A stretch of DNA of 64,000 nt from Botryllus schlosseri (lineage: Eukaryota): NCBI GenBank assembly GCA_051294905.1, contig CM119382.1, positions 10,602,001-10,666,000 on the forward strand. Reading direction: 5' to 3'. Of the stretch, positions 51,601 to 63,264 are shown piece by piece. How positions within the stretch are numbered: position 1 is the stretch's first letter; each line of letters begins with the position of its first letter. Position numbers and translations under genes: made by a program. The notes under the pieces are model-generated. The model worked only from the letters and a program-made list of their open reading frames with translations, searched no databases and had not been told where the DNA came from.

Positions 51601-54600
51601 ATTGATTCCCATGCTGTTGCGCAAGGTTGATGATATCTTGGTAATTACGCGTATCGGCCGTGAGTTGATCTGGCATTGATTTGATATTGGAAATCGTTTC
51701 AACGACTCGATGATTATGACTGTGCGAGTTTGATTGTGTGTAATGACAATATCTTCAAGGTCCTATCTTGCGGCAATCGCTAATTCAGTATTGTGATGAG
51801 TTTTTAAATTTCAGCACGTCTCTAAACCGACCGGTATATAGGCGCCCACAACTGCCTTTGCAGTAATATATAAATTGGCCGACTCTGGATGATATTTGTC
51901 AACCCCTCCAATGACATCATCACTTGGTTCACTGCGTTCTTTACTCATTAAGATTGACGTATGGTCACAAGGAACTGCCATATCATGTTTATTCTAACTA
52001 TGAATGAAGTTGATATCGGATTATTTCAAATTACTGTTACTTATTGTAAGTTCCACCTCGGATATGTCACATCATGACATCGGCGCGGTCCAAAATGCTT
52101 ATATCATTCGGGCCCTAGTTTTAACATACGGAGAATGCCCTTGTTTCTATGACTTTGCCGTACGGTCTGACGAGATCATTCTGCAATGGCGTGCAGTTGT
52201 TGGAATTGAAAGTAAAAATAGGTCCCCTGCCCTTGTATCGTCTGTCTCGCATCACCCACACGATTAATGTATCGGCAAAACATTGTTATATTGTCGCTTT
52301 GTGTGTTTGACAGGAAATCACTGGATTTGATTGAATGTCTCCTGCACCTATCTCAGAACGGCCATTACGAGCCTGTGAAGATGCTGTTCATGTGGCCAGC
52401 CAAGCATTGCCCCGATCTTCTGATGCTGTCGTTGCTACAGGTACGTGCCGGGTTCTCTAACAGACGCCGATTTCGCTTGATATTCGTTGTTTGCCTTTTA
52501 CAGATAACGTCGCCGTTCCATAAATTGCGGCAGGAGCTGATCTCGAGCTTGTTGCCCACTTTTTTGAATCTTCATCCAAACTCTGGTATTATTCTTCATT
52601 ATGCATGGCACGGACAGGTACAGCAGCGGGGATGCTCGACAATGTCGACGCGGCGTTATCCGTGTTGCTGTTTTCCAGGGACAGTCGCCCGCGATACGGC
52701 AGATAGTGATGCACAGCATGGCGGAGTGGTATTTGCGGGACCAACACGAACAGCAGAGGTTGTCCAGGATTTTGGATGTCGCTCAAGACTTGAAGGTGGG
52801 GTGTTTGCAGTGTTGGCTGTTTGTGGAAGTTCCGGAATTGGAGTTTCTAGTTTGTGTCGTCGCAGTTCGTGAATAGCAAGGGAGAGCTGTTGGTATAACC
52901 TTGTGAAATATATTTATATTATAACATTTGTGGCGTCTGTGACTAATCTCGTTCTAAATTTCTAATGTAAAATTGGCGGATAATGTCAATCTGAACGAGC
53001 TATTCAAAATTACAGAGCTGTAACATAGATGATCAGATGTAGTCTGTGGCAAAGTGCTTCTACTTTTATGAAGTACTCAAGTAGGTTCGGCCCACTTGTG
53101 GTACCGTACTTCATTACGTGACCGTGTCTCTTGATTACTTGTACTGTCTACTGGACAGTTTATAAGCTTAACCACTTCGATTTTAGATGAGGATTTTATA
53201 AAGTAGAAAGTTGTTGTGGGATGCGTTTTCGTCGCGTTTATGATAGAAATGGCCCCTGTTTTGCTGTAATTGTGTAGTTTGCTGTAATGGTGTAGTTTTT
53301 ACATGTCTTTGAAATTTCTACTTGTATTGTAGTTAGTAGAAATTGACATTTCGACATTTCTACTTCTACTGGAGTACCAACGGGGTCGTTATTTTTACCA
53401 CCTCTGAACATGGTTGGGTCTGTGACACAGTCTTGCCTTTTCCGCAGGCGCTTTCCCATCTCCTGAATTCGTCTCCGTTCATGTTTGTGATCGACCTGGC
53501 CGTGTTGGCGTCGCGCCGGGAGTACCTAAAACTGGACAAGTGGCTGACGGATAAAATCCGGGAACACGGCGAACCGTTCATTGTGGGTTGCGTAGACTTC
53601 CTAAAAAAGCGGGCCCCGTCCGCGATAGGTAATTTCCCTGTCTGAATCGTGCGTGCGTGATTTTACGGCTCCGTCTCTTTACAGCCGCTAGCGACGACGG
53701 CCAGTCGAAGGGTGCGCAGCTGTCTGCGGAGACGGTCGCTACTATTCTCGTTTGCCTGCAATCTTGTGCTGCGTGAGTGGATTTTGCATAGTTTCCGATT
53801 CTTGTACTCTCCGGTAGGGGCTTGGTGAATCTGAGTGTCCCTGGAAATTAAGCTGAAAGCTGAACTAAACTAATTTTTGCCACAGTGTGTATTAACTGTC
53901 GATTCATACCTTGTCTGTACGCCGGTCATGTCTTGGTGCAGTAAACTAATCTGCCTGCGCATCAAAAGCAAATATTTTGTCGTCATTTTCCTCGATCTTC
54001 AAGTGTGTTTTATTCATGATCGAAGATGTGCTTGGAAATGTGTAGAATTGAAAGAAGATCAACTGTTCATGTTGAATTTACAGAAATGTTTGCATTACTA
54101 GCTAGTATTTTAGGGAGTAGCAACTGGTTTCAGCTTGGTGTGTAATCTACGCTGAACATTGTTTGAAATGCAAATCCACGGTGATAAGACTGGTCTCTGA
54201 CCTCTTGAGAACGTTTCATCGGCAAGCTAGCTGCCATTTCTCGTAACTTACTTACTTTGATATACGCAATGTTGATACGAGTTCATTTTCCTATTCTGAC
54301 AGGAACGTGTCTCAGCCCCTGGCCGACAACATTCACTCTATGGTGGCGAATTGCGGCTCCATGCCAAAGCCGAGACAAGCGCCACCCGGGATCTTGCCGA
54401 AGACCCGAAGTAACCCCAGCGTGCTATCGTCTACCGGGATTCTACCCGAGAACATTGGCTCGAAATTGGTACGTTGGGAGTTTTGAATGTATTAGTTTGT
54501 ACATGAGAATATTGGAAAGTAGGTCGTCTTGCTAGTAGCCACATATTTATCATGTTAGACAATGTATTTTGATGTCTTTCAAACACACTAACATATTTTT

Positions 54601-57600
54601 TTGTTTATCCTGCTGCCGGCTGCATCCATTATGGGCAATGGCTGTCCTGTCTCCAATATTTCTTGGCTTGCTTGTAATTCTTAGCGCAGCACGCCGAAAA
54701 ATACAATGTTTATTTTCTCCTGCTTTCTCATGTGTACAAATACGAGTACCTTAGCTATCTAGTTATTCTTCTGATCGTACTCAATCTGCGTTGCTGTGAA
54801 TTTATCTCACTTGCGATGCGTATCAGTAATGCCAGCACAGCAGGACGCAATCACCCGCTGAGGTTGCGTATTTATTCATCTGTGCCGAAATGGACTAATT
54901 TATATTCACGCTGTGTTGTAATATAATGTGCTCTTGTCACATCTCACCAGACTCGCTGGTAATCTGACTCGCTGGTAATCTCCTTCATTTTATATACATC
55001 ACACGTGTACGTTCGTTAACACATTGAAGATTGTCTGATACTTGTTTTCTATGTATTTGCACATCTATACCCCGATTAAATTGACGCTACCTTGATAAAT
55101 TTTGAGAATCTCAAACCCCGCCATTTTTCTCGGCTGGGTGCACATCCGATTATGGCATGTAGGATACAATACACCTGTCGCTGATGATGGATACAAATTT
55201 GGACTCACTGAAGTAGACGTCCCAGTGTTTGGGAATCTTTCGTGATAGCAGTGCTAGATAGCAACTGAAGCGACATATTTTTGTTATTTTCGATATTTGT
55301 ATGATTAAGAGATATCGTTTGATAGAAAAAATGATATGTGGTGTGTTGATTCCGAGTACTCTCTTTCAGACCGATCACGGATTTTCCAACGTCTCGTCAC
55401 AGCCACCGGCGCCCCCAGCTCCGCAACCAGAGCCGCCGAAAGAATCTAACCCCCTCCAAAATTTCGGGCCTCTCCACGGGTTGGGGTCCAACTCTCATTT
55501 CGGATCTAACGGCGGCGCCAGGATGCCCTTTGCGAGTGGCGTGGTGCCCAGGTCCATGCCTGGGAGTATCGGCGCGGTCGGGATGCAGCCGCCGGGACAC
55601 GGCGACAAGCCCCAGGCCATGCCGGGCAGTTCCGGTTTGGGCATGGGGCTGATGGGTCTTGGTTCGGGATCGGTGGGTCAGCTTGGAGGTCATGCGACAT
55701 CGGGGTTTTCATCGTCGTTTGGGGCCGTTAGTAGCAACTCGGGGCCTTCGGCGTTGAACGGTGCCCCTTTTGGGTCTCAATTGGGGTTCGCGAATCAATC
55801 CACGCAAGGTATGTTGATCAGATTGTGTGAGATACTCGCAGGGTTGTAATGACTCAAGTCGCGATTTCTTGGTGACTCGACTCGAGTCAATTTTTGTGTC
55901 GACTCGACTTGTACTTGAGTCATTGCGCACGACTCGAACCAAGTCATATGACTCGAGACTAGGACACAAGACGTACATTTCATTGTAACTTCGAAGAATA
56001 GCGAAGTCACCGCTTTATTGATATTTCGTCTATCAGTCCTGATACATGGAAAATAGGGCCAGAAACTATTAAGATTGAGGAAAATTACGTTATTATGAAT
56101 GCGAGCCATTCTATATCACTCGAGCAGAGTTGAAAAAGTGGGTTGAATGGGATTGAACTGGAAACTGAATTGTGAACAGAATGACTTGGACTCAGGCTCG
56201 AGTCGAAACACTATGACTCAAACTTGACCTCCTACTCACTGACCTGGACCTCCTACTCACTGACCTGAACTCGGACTTGACTCGGTGGTGAAATGAAAAT
56301 GACTCGACTTGACTCGAGTCGAAACTATAAAAGTGAGATTGACTTGAGACTTGGTCACAACCGTGGATACTCGTGCTCGAATAAACCCGAATATTTTCGG
56401 CTGATGCTCGTCAGGGGTAATCGGCAGCAACTGGTAGTGATTTCAAAAGAAATTTTGTATATCAACAGTCTTATCAACAACTGTGATGTCACTGATGCGG
56501 ACGCCGTCTAGTAGAGCTGTTTTTTCCTGAATCTTGCTGGCTACGTGATTAAATCGTTAGGTTGCCTTAAAAAACGACGCACACCAAGTTTGAATTCATC
56601 CCAACCAATAATCGCGGATTTCGTACAGTTTGAAAATTTTGAATTTACCCAAAAATGTAAAAAAAAATTTTTCAAATTTTCTTGTCATCGCCATGAAATT
56701 GCTGCTTTGTCTTCAAAAACGATGCAAAACAAATTTGACTCAATTCCAAACCAAAGAAGCGGAGTTATTTGAGTTTTTCAATGATAATTCTTGGATTATC
56801 CACCGATCAAGGATAATCTCCGAATTATCAAAAAAAACTCAAATAACGCCGGTTCTTCGGCATCTAGTGAGGCATATAGGCCACAAAACGGTGTCGCTAG
56901 TGATGTATACAAATATGTACTTGCTGAAGTAGATGTCCCAGTGTTTGGGACTCTTTTGTGATAGCAGTGCTAGATAGCAACTGAAGCGACAGTAATAACC
57001 GAAGCGATCGATTGATTTCACCCATCCCGACAATACAACTTTTGCATATATGTATTTTCCTTACATTCACCCCCTTCTTCGCAGGGTTCGGACACACCAA
57101 TCTGCTCGGCGACCTGAGCTCGGTGAACTTTGGCGACACCTCCACAGACCCTTTCGGCCAGTCGAAACTCGAGCAAGGCTTTGGTGCTCAAAAGGCCGAC
57201 CTCCTCAACAAAAAAGTGCTGGACCTGTTCGGTCAATCGAAAATTGGCGGCGCATTCAACCCTGGCACAGGTGACCGACTCAAATGTCGAGTGTTGAGTC
57301 GGGACTAATTGTTACCGTTACTTTTCAGGACTGGGCTCGTTGTCGCCGGGTATCGGGTCTGCGCTAGGTATGGGCGGTCAGGACCCTTTCGCGCAGAAGA
57401 AAGCGACGGGCGTCCCGCTGGGACAGGCGGCGCAGCAGGCGTTTCAGCAGGCTGGCGGCGTTGGACGGGGTGCCAGGACTGCAAGTAATGCGGTTTTGTT
57501 TGGTAACTAGGTGTATTTGATAGGGCATGCTATATCCGAGGGTCCTGATCAATGTTCTCTCTAATTTTTCATGAGGCTGCGCGCACTCACCAATTTACTG

Positions 57601-60600
57601 CGCGGTGCCTTGGAGAACAGTGAGTAGCAACTAAAAAAAAGTTCTTAACTTTGGATTTTTCGTGCGCAACTTAGATTTTCTGTGCGCAGAGACCGTGTCA
57701 GCACTGCGCAATTGCGCACGTGCGCAGCTAGAGGGAACATTGGTCCTAATTGTAGATTCCGGTTCTGATAATTTGTGGCTTTGCTTCTAACTGTACCTTG
57801 TTCGGAGATGTGAATTTTGGGCTGAATATCCCAAAAAAGTTCCTAGAAGAGAAATCCGACAATGTATGGTTAACCTGTGCTAGTGCTAGTGACGGTTTAT
57901 GTATGTAGTTCGGAGTTTGTGGCACTATTTAAATGGTGCTTCAGTAAATTTGTCGTTATTCCTGCTCGTTTTTGTGGTGATTTCGATTATGAACAGCAAT
58001 GAATTCAATCGGCTCATTTATCAAAGTCCGTCGCCAAAAATCGTTGGTAACTCTCCGGTATACTAAGAAAAACAGTATCGTTAGCCATGTACAACTAGAT
58101 CACTGTGTGTCCCTTGCCGTAAGAGTAGCCTTGTTTAGTGTGCGAGGTTTTAATACCTTGACACCTTTCTGAAGGCGGCGATTTGTCGCAAGTCTGGCCG
58201 GACATGAACCAGAAATTCAACAAGGAGATCGAGGACGAGGCCAACGGTTATTTCCAGCAAATCTACAACCAACCGCCGGACCCGGTGTTGAGTGTTGACC
58301 AGGCGAGTTACGCTGTTTGGAGATTTTGCGAATGTTGTCCGTGTCGTGGTGGGGATTTCGAGATCTTGAAAATGGCGTCGGTAACTGTGAATTCTTGCTT
58401 TGAGCGTTTTATTCCTTATGGCGCCAAGTCTCGGCGTACAATTTTTCAATTTTTTCTAAAACTACTGTTGACAAGAAGCCTGGTGGTAGGAAGGAATGCA
58501 AACTGTATAGTAGGGCTGTTCAAAAATAACCTTTTTTCCTAAATCTTGTTGGCTACGTGATTAAATTGTTAGTTTGCCTTAAAAAACGACGCACACCGAA
58601 TTTGAATTCATTCCAACCAATATTCGCGGTTTTCGTAGAGTTCGAAAATTTTGAATTTGCCCAAAAACGCAAAAAAAAATCTTTCCAAATTTTTCTGCCA
58701 ACCCCATGAAATTGTTGGGCTGTCTTCAAAGACTATGCAAACCAAATTTGACTCAATTCCAAGCCGTAGAAGCGGAGTTATTCCAGTTTTTCGATGGTAA
58801 TTCTTGGATTATCAACCGATCAAGAATAATCGCAGAATTATCGAATAAAAACTGAAATAACTCCGCTTCTACTGCTTGGAATTGAGTCAAATTTGTTTTG
58901 CATAGTCTTTGAAGACAGCCCAACCATTTCATGGGGTCGGCAGAAAAATTAAAAAAAAAAATTTTTTGCGTTTTTGGGCAAATTCAAAATTTTCAAACTC
59001 CACGAAAACCGCGAATATTGGTTGGAATGAATTCAAATTTGGTGTGCGTCATTTTTTAAGGCAACCTAACAGTTTAATCACGTAACCAACAAGATTCAGG
59101 AAAAAATGTTATTTTTGAACAGCCCTACTGTATAGTTTTCGATTAGCTTACTGTCAATGTGATAATCCCCACGACTGTGATTGTATGTTTTTGCTTCTAG
59201 ATTCTGGATATCTTGAGGAAGTTCAAGGATTCCAACGACAAAAAGGAGAAAGACGTTTTCAATTGTATGCTGCGAAACCTGTTTGAAGAATACAGGTTCT
59301 TCCCGCAGGTGCGCTATTTTGTCATCTCGCTAGCTACACGCTTTCCGGCCACCTTTTTTTTCTGTGAGAATTCAAGCTCCAGCTGAGATCGGTCAAAAAT
59401 CTATTTCCGAAGGTTGTGAAATTTGTGGTGTCACTACCTACCATCAGTCATTTTCCATCTTGTATCACGTCTTGGAAATCGCTACTGGTGATTTGACTAA
59501 AAATCGACAACATTTTTACTCGAGTATATACGTCGACTGCTTTTGACTACCTCTGTTCTTTGCAAAAGTGCTCGAAAACTTGTATATCACAGTACCCGGA
59601 CAAGGAGCTCTACGTGACGGCATGCTTGTTCGGCGGCATCATCGAACGAAACCTGGTGCCGACCTATCTCGGTGAGTGCGGCTCTGCGTGTTTGCCTTCC
59701 GGCCTGGCTCGACAGCGGTACGGTTTGTTCGCAGCTTTGGGCATAGCTCTGCGGTACATACTGGAGGCGCTGCGGAAGCCCAGGCCGAACAAGATGTACT
59801 ACTTTGGCATCGCCGCGCTGGACCGTTTCAAAAACAAGCTGAAGGAGTATCCGAAATACTGCTCGCACATTCTCGGCATCCCGCACGTCAAAGACTTTCC
59901 GGCGCATATCATCGAGGTGCGAATATGCAAACATACTTGATATTGGATGGATTTGGATTTGGACATCAAATTTTGAATAATTTCCCTATTTTATGCGATT
60001 TTGTACAAATTTGAGGCATTACCGGATTTGGATGTGGCTTCTAATCAAATCCGTGACATTATTTTTATGTAGAGATGCATCTATATATCTAAATCTGTTC
60101 GCATTTTGTAAAAATTCCGGCTTTAAAAATTTAGTTTGTGGAATACGGGAAGCACAAGATCGACCCGCCCAGTCAGAGAGGCTCCAGGACGCCGACGGCT
60201 GGGATTAATCCGGGGCAGCAGACGACACAGTCTCCGGCCGCGGGTTCGGTGACGCCGACGAGCGCGACGCCGGCGTCCAACGCGGCGACGTCTAGGGCGT
60301 CGTCCACTGGCCCCAAGACAGGCGCCGGAGGGAAAGAGGTACGTCCGCGATCGTATTGGTATTTCGTAGAAAAAGTTCAGTCCAGTACAGGTAACTTCTA
60401 CTACCGAAGGTGGTCAGTAAGAAAGAATTTCGGGCAACTCGAGTCCGTTTTAAACATTAATTGGAACAAGATTGCGTTGCTTTTATGCCTAAATTGGGAT
60501 AAAAAGGGGAGTGATTGCCCCTATATGACGGTGACTCGATATCTATTCAAGTTTTCCACTATTTGTAGTGTCATAAGTCTTTTTCTCAGATGGATCAATG

Positions 60601-62840
60601 CTATTTTGAAAGTGGCCATCTCTTATTACTTGCTAAAAGTATGTGATCCCTCTAACAGGTCTACTTTTTTGAAACTACAAGCATTTCGTTTCCTGCCTCA
60701 CTAGTCATAGTTTTGTCTTGTCCTTCAAACCGCTTCCAGGGTTGAGACGGCTCGACTCGGCTTTTTCAGATGACTTGAATTGGAAATGTTGAATGACTCG
60801 AATTGACTTTTCCATCCAAACACTAACCACTACTCTGAATGTGTTTTTGTGCTTGTGTTATCCAAATGTTTGATATGGCGATGTTTGTCACGGATAGGAG
60901 GCGCTTGTGGGTTAGAATGAATCAGACGATCAAATTACCGATTGAAAATGCCATAAAGAATAGTAACTAATGTGACATGAACGCTAAATTTCTTTAAAAA
61001 CTTGATTGTGTAAACTTATGTGCAGTTATTCTGCCCAGATTAAATTCTACATGGCATCGCAAAAACCGTTATGCCTGTTTCAGCAACCGTCGATCGCAAA
61101 GGCAACCAACATCGACACACTGCTGGGGGCGCAAGCACCCGAAGAGAACATACCGGAACCCCCCGAAGCCATGCAGGATAAGATCGCTTTCATCTTCAAT
61201 AATTTATCGCTCTCCAACATCCAGACAAAGGTTGGTATTGCGTTCGAAGACCTGAGAAGCACATAGACTATTTTTCTCGTGATAAAAGGAAGCGTGTTGC
61301 GATTTAAAGCTTTATCAATGCCCGGTGTATGTTCGGCAGAGCAAGGAAATGAAAGAGGTCGTGAAGGACGAATACATCTCTTGGCTGTCGCAGTATTTCG
61401 TCATGAAACGCGTCAGCATCGAGCCGAATTTTCATCAGCTCTATTCCAATTTCTTGGACGGACTCAAAATACCGAAGCTCAGCAAGTTCGTGCAGCGGGA
61501 GGTCTTCAGAAACATCACGGTTAGTGAGGAGGGAGTGTTGAATAGATTTCCATTGAATTCGTTTACGGAACTTTATAGGTCATGGAATTCATTGATAGTA
61601 GTAGCCAAAGATGTAAATGATTTACGGGTGAAATAGTTTTCCCGTGTTGCTAATATTTCGAGTTTCCTTTCAGGTGTTGTTGCAGTCCGACAAGATCGAC
61701 GCAAACTTCTCCGATCGGTCTCTGTTGAAGAATCTCGGCCATTTCCTGGGGATGATCACGCTGCCGAAAAACAAACCCATTCTATTCGAAGTGAGTTATC
61801 GTCGAATGGTCTTGGCTCTGTTCATGCACTCTGCTATGAACCTATGTCTATGACGTTGGATGGGAACAACTGGAGACCACTGCATATGCAGGGTTGCCAG
61901 ATCATACCGAGCCTACATGGTCATTAATCAAACACACCAATTTATATAACCACAGTCAAATTCTAGTTCACCGGTGATGTCATGAAATTGTAATGTTGTA
62001 TTGCTGTTGCTTGATTAACCGTTGGTAATTTTGCAAGTTATTACTGTTGGTAGGTAGCTATGATATGATGTAAAATTGACTGAACGTATGCACATCATAC
62101 ATTACAGTAAGTCGCAACTGCCCTAGAATTGCCTTAAAAAGTTGTTTATTATCATCAGGTGTATAATCTGTGTATTAGATTGTCAGTCAATTTGGCCGCA
62201 TGGTCTATTGATTTTCACTGCAAGATACAGCTTGGCCTTAATTAACTTTTAGCGATGGAAAATACTGCTAGATTTTAACAATTTGGCTATATAAACGGCC
62301 CTGTGCATATGGGCGAAAGTGCCTTTCTACACGCCAAGTTGGCATGTTTTTAGGCGACTTTCGCTTCTACATAACAATTTATCAATCAAAGCTGTGTGTT
62401 TTACTCCTCGAACGTTGTCAAATAAAAAGTAGATTTCAAGTAGGATTCATCACTTTTACGAGTGAAATTATCGTAATGATCGTGTGAAGTGGTGCCTGCA
62501 TGAAGGTAACTGTATTTATTTGTGGCGTTGGTCGCCACGACGCGGTGAATTTCAATATTGTACTGTTGAAAGCCAGTTGTAGTCCGTCGGCAACCGACCG
62601 TAGACGCTGATCCCGCGGAGCAGTTGTGATTTACGGGGTCGCAATTTTCAGGACATTGATTTGAAGTCGTTGCTGTACGAAGCGAACATGAAAGGGGCGC
62701 AGGAACTCCTTTACGTCGTGCCGTTTGTGACCAAAATTCTGGAGTCTGTCGGCAAGAGCAAAGTGTTCAAGTTGCCGAACCCCTGGACGGAGTCCATCAT
62801 TTCGACCCTCGTCGAACTGCACAACGTACCCGACTTGAAG
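45628..62840 (+). CDS. CNOT1: CCR4-NOT transcription complex subunit 1, 5' part (28 coding exons; gene continues beyond the window)
   Basis: Starts [16 protein letters not shown]; also [70 protein letters not shown]. Exons: 45628-45729, 45803-45910, 47816-48038, 48100-48188, 49197-49323, 49381-49549, 49614-49740, 50556-50654, 51217-51390, 51453-51580, 52314-52440, 52504-52617, 52679-52795, 53448-53628, 53685-53772, 54303-54468, 55370-55808, 57085-57270, 57329-57484, 58175-58302, 59201-59308, 59593-59671, 59735-59916, 60135-60338, 61084-61230, 61340-61519, 61674-61790, 62652-62840. Confidence 0.96.
46057..46400 (+). mobile_element. Older tRNA-derived SINE (same head and body, different 3' tail), split by a MITE
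   Basis: Head CCGATCGAGATAGCGTAATGG at 46057 resumes at 46230 as CTGATCGGTAGGTCGTGGCTTCGATCCC...GGGTCAGACCAAA; diverges from the other copies after GCATGGAGG. Confidence 0.75.
46102..46229. mobile_element. hAT-type MITE, 128 bp, nested in the SINE head
   Basis: Exact 8-bp TSD CTGATCGG (46094-46101, 46230-46237); imperfect TIRs CCAGGTTGGAATC/GATTCCATATTGG. Confidence 0.8.
48258..48430 (+). mobile_element. Penelope-like tail copy, hammerhead core deleted
   Basis: GTTCTTTCCAATTCTCTACTAGTTGCCGACGATTAC...GAATATTCGGGTTCATTTC with CTGACGA missing. Confidence 0.7.
55176..55275 (+). ncRNA. Intronic C/D-box snoRNA candidate, copy A
   Basis: 7-bp terminal stem TGTCGCT/AGCGACA; C-like ATGATGG, D' CTGA, internal hairpin, C'-like GTGATAG, D CTGA at 55265-68; 94 nt upstream of the 3' splice site; paralog at 56892-56991. 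Confidence 0.82.
55839..56365. mobile_element. hAT-type MITE, 527 bp, GACTCGA-rich (fragment also at ~60736-60810)
   Basis: TIRs CAGGGTTGTAA/TCACAACCGTG; exact 8-bp TSD GATACTCG. Confidence 0.88.
56385..56428 (-). ncRNA. Minimal type I hammerhead ribozyme motif (core and stems I/III intact, antisense to CNOT1) in a Penelope-like tail (~56380-56490)
   Basis: Minus strand reads GCTGCCGATT ACCC CTGACGA G CATCAGC C GAA AATATT C GGGT. Confidence 0.75.
56508..56850. mobile_element. One arm of the foldback MITE family
   Basis: Aligns with the left half of 58508-59130. Confidence 0.75.
56892..56991 (+). ncRNA. Intronic C/D-box snoRNA candidate, copy B
   Basis: Same 7-bp terminal stem, C-like GTGATGT, D' and D CTGA, identical D guide GCAGTGCTAGATAGCAA; 93 nt upstream of the 3' splice site. 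Confidence 0.82.
57550..57742. mobile_element. hAT-type MITE, 193 bp
   Basis: TIRs CAATGTTCTCTCTA/TAGAGGGAACATTG; 8-bp flanks GTCCTGAT/GTCCTAAT. Confidence 0.82.
58303..59200 (+). other. GC-AG intron of CNOT1
   Basis: Protein continuity SVDQ|[11 protein letters not shown] requires donor CAG|GCGAGT at 58303 and acceptor CTTCTAG| at 59200. Confidence 0.85.
58508..59130. mobile_element. Foldback MITE, 623 bp, TA-flanked (Tc1/mariner-type ends)
   Basis: Near-perfect palindrome over its whole length (AGTAGGGCTGTTCAAAAATAAC.../...GTTATTTTTGAACAGCCCTACTG), centre ~58820, TA on both sides. Confidence 0.9.
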
Positions 62841-63264
62841 GTGGGTGAAACGTCTGCGGTGTTCTGTATTTTAGATTCCGCTCCAATTTGACGAATATTT
62901 TGTCCCACAGCTACTGCGACTCGGGCTGGGCCCAATGGCTTGAGTACTGTAATTCGGATTGAGTGTTAATTGTAACTAGTCGAGAAGTGATAGACGTTTT
63001 TTTTTCAAGTACTCCTGTCTTCACAGTCCCCGAGTCATATTGTGACCGAGAATAATGGTTAAACGATCCCAGCATCAAAATCAGCATGTGACACAAGGCT
63101 TGCGCGACGCTCACTTTGGCGCAAGTGATGTTCTTGTGAAATATTGATCATCATAAAAGAAAAAAAATATGAAATTATTTTCTTCAATGTTGTGTGACTG
63201 GTATCAATTGATTTGTGGTCGCCGTTAAGTAGCCTGTTTAAACTTCTCAAGTCATCCATACTGT

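Noticed and set aside
54832-54946. H/ACA snoRNA (GCACAG/CTGTGC hairpin, terminal ACA)
   Set aside because: No ANANNA hinge and a poor second hairpin. Worth an Infernal scan but not supportable by eye.
55370-57484. Gly/Ser/Pro-rich CNOT1 segment as a novel domain
   Set aside because: A low-complexity linker before DLSQVWP is expected in CNOT1 orthologs.
62292-62375. H/ACA snoRNA 3' hairpin (GCGAAAGT/ACTTTCGC then ACA)
   Set aside because: No matching 5' hairpin or H box found.
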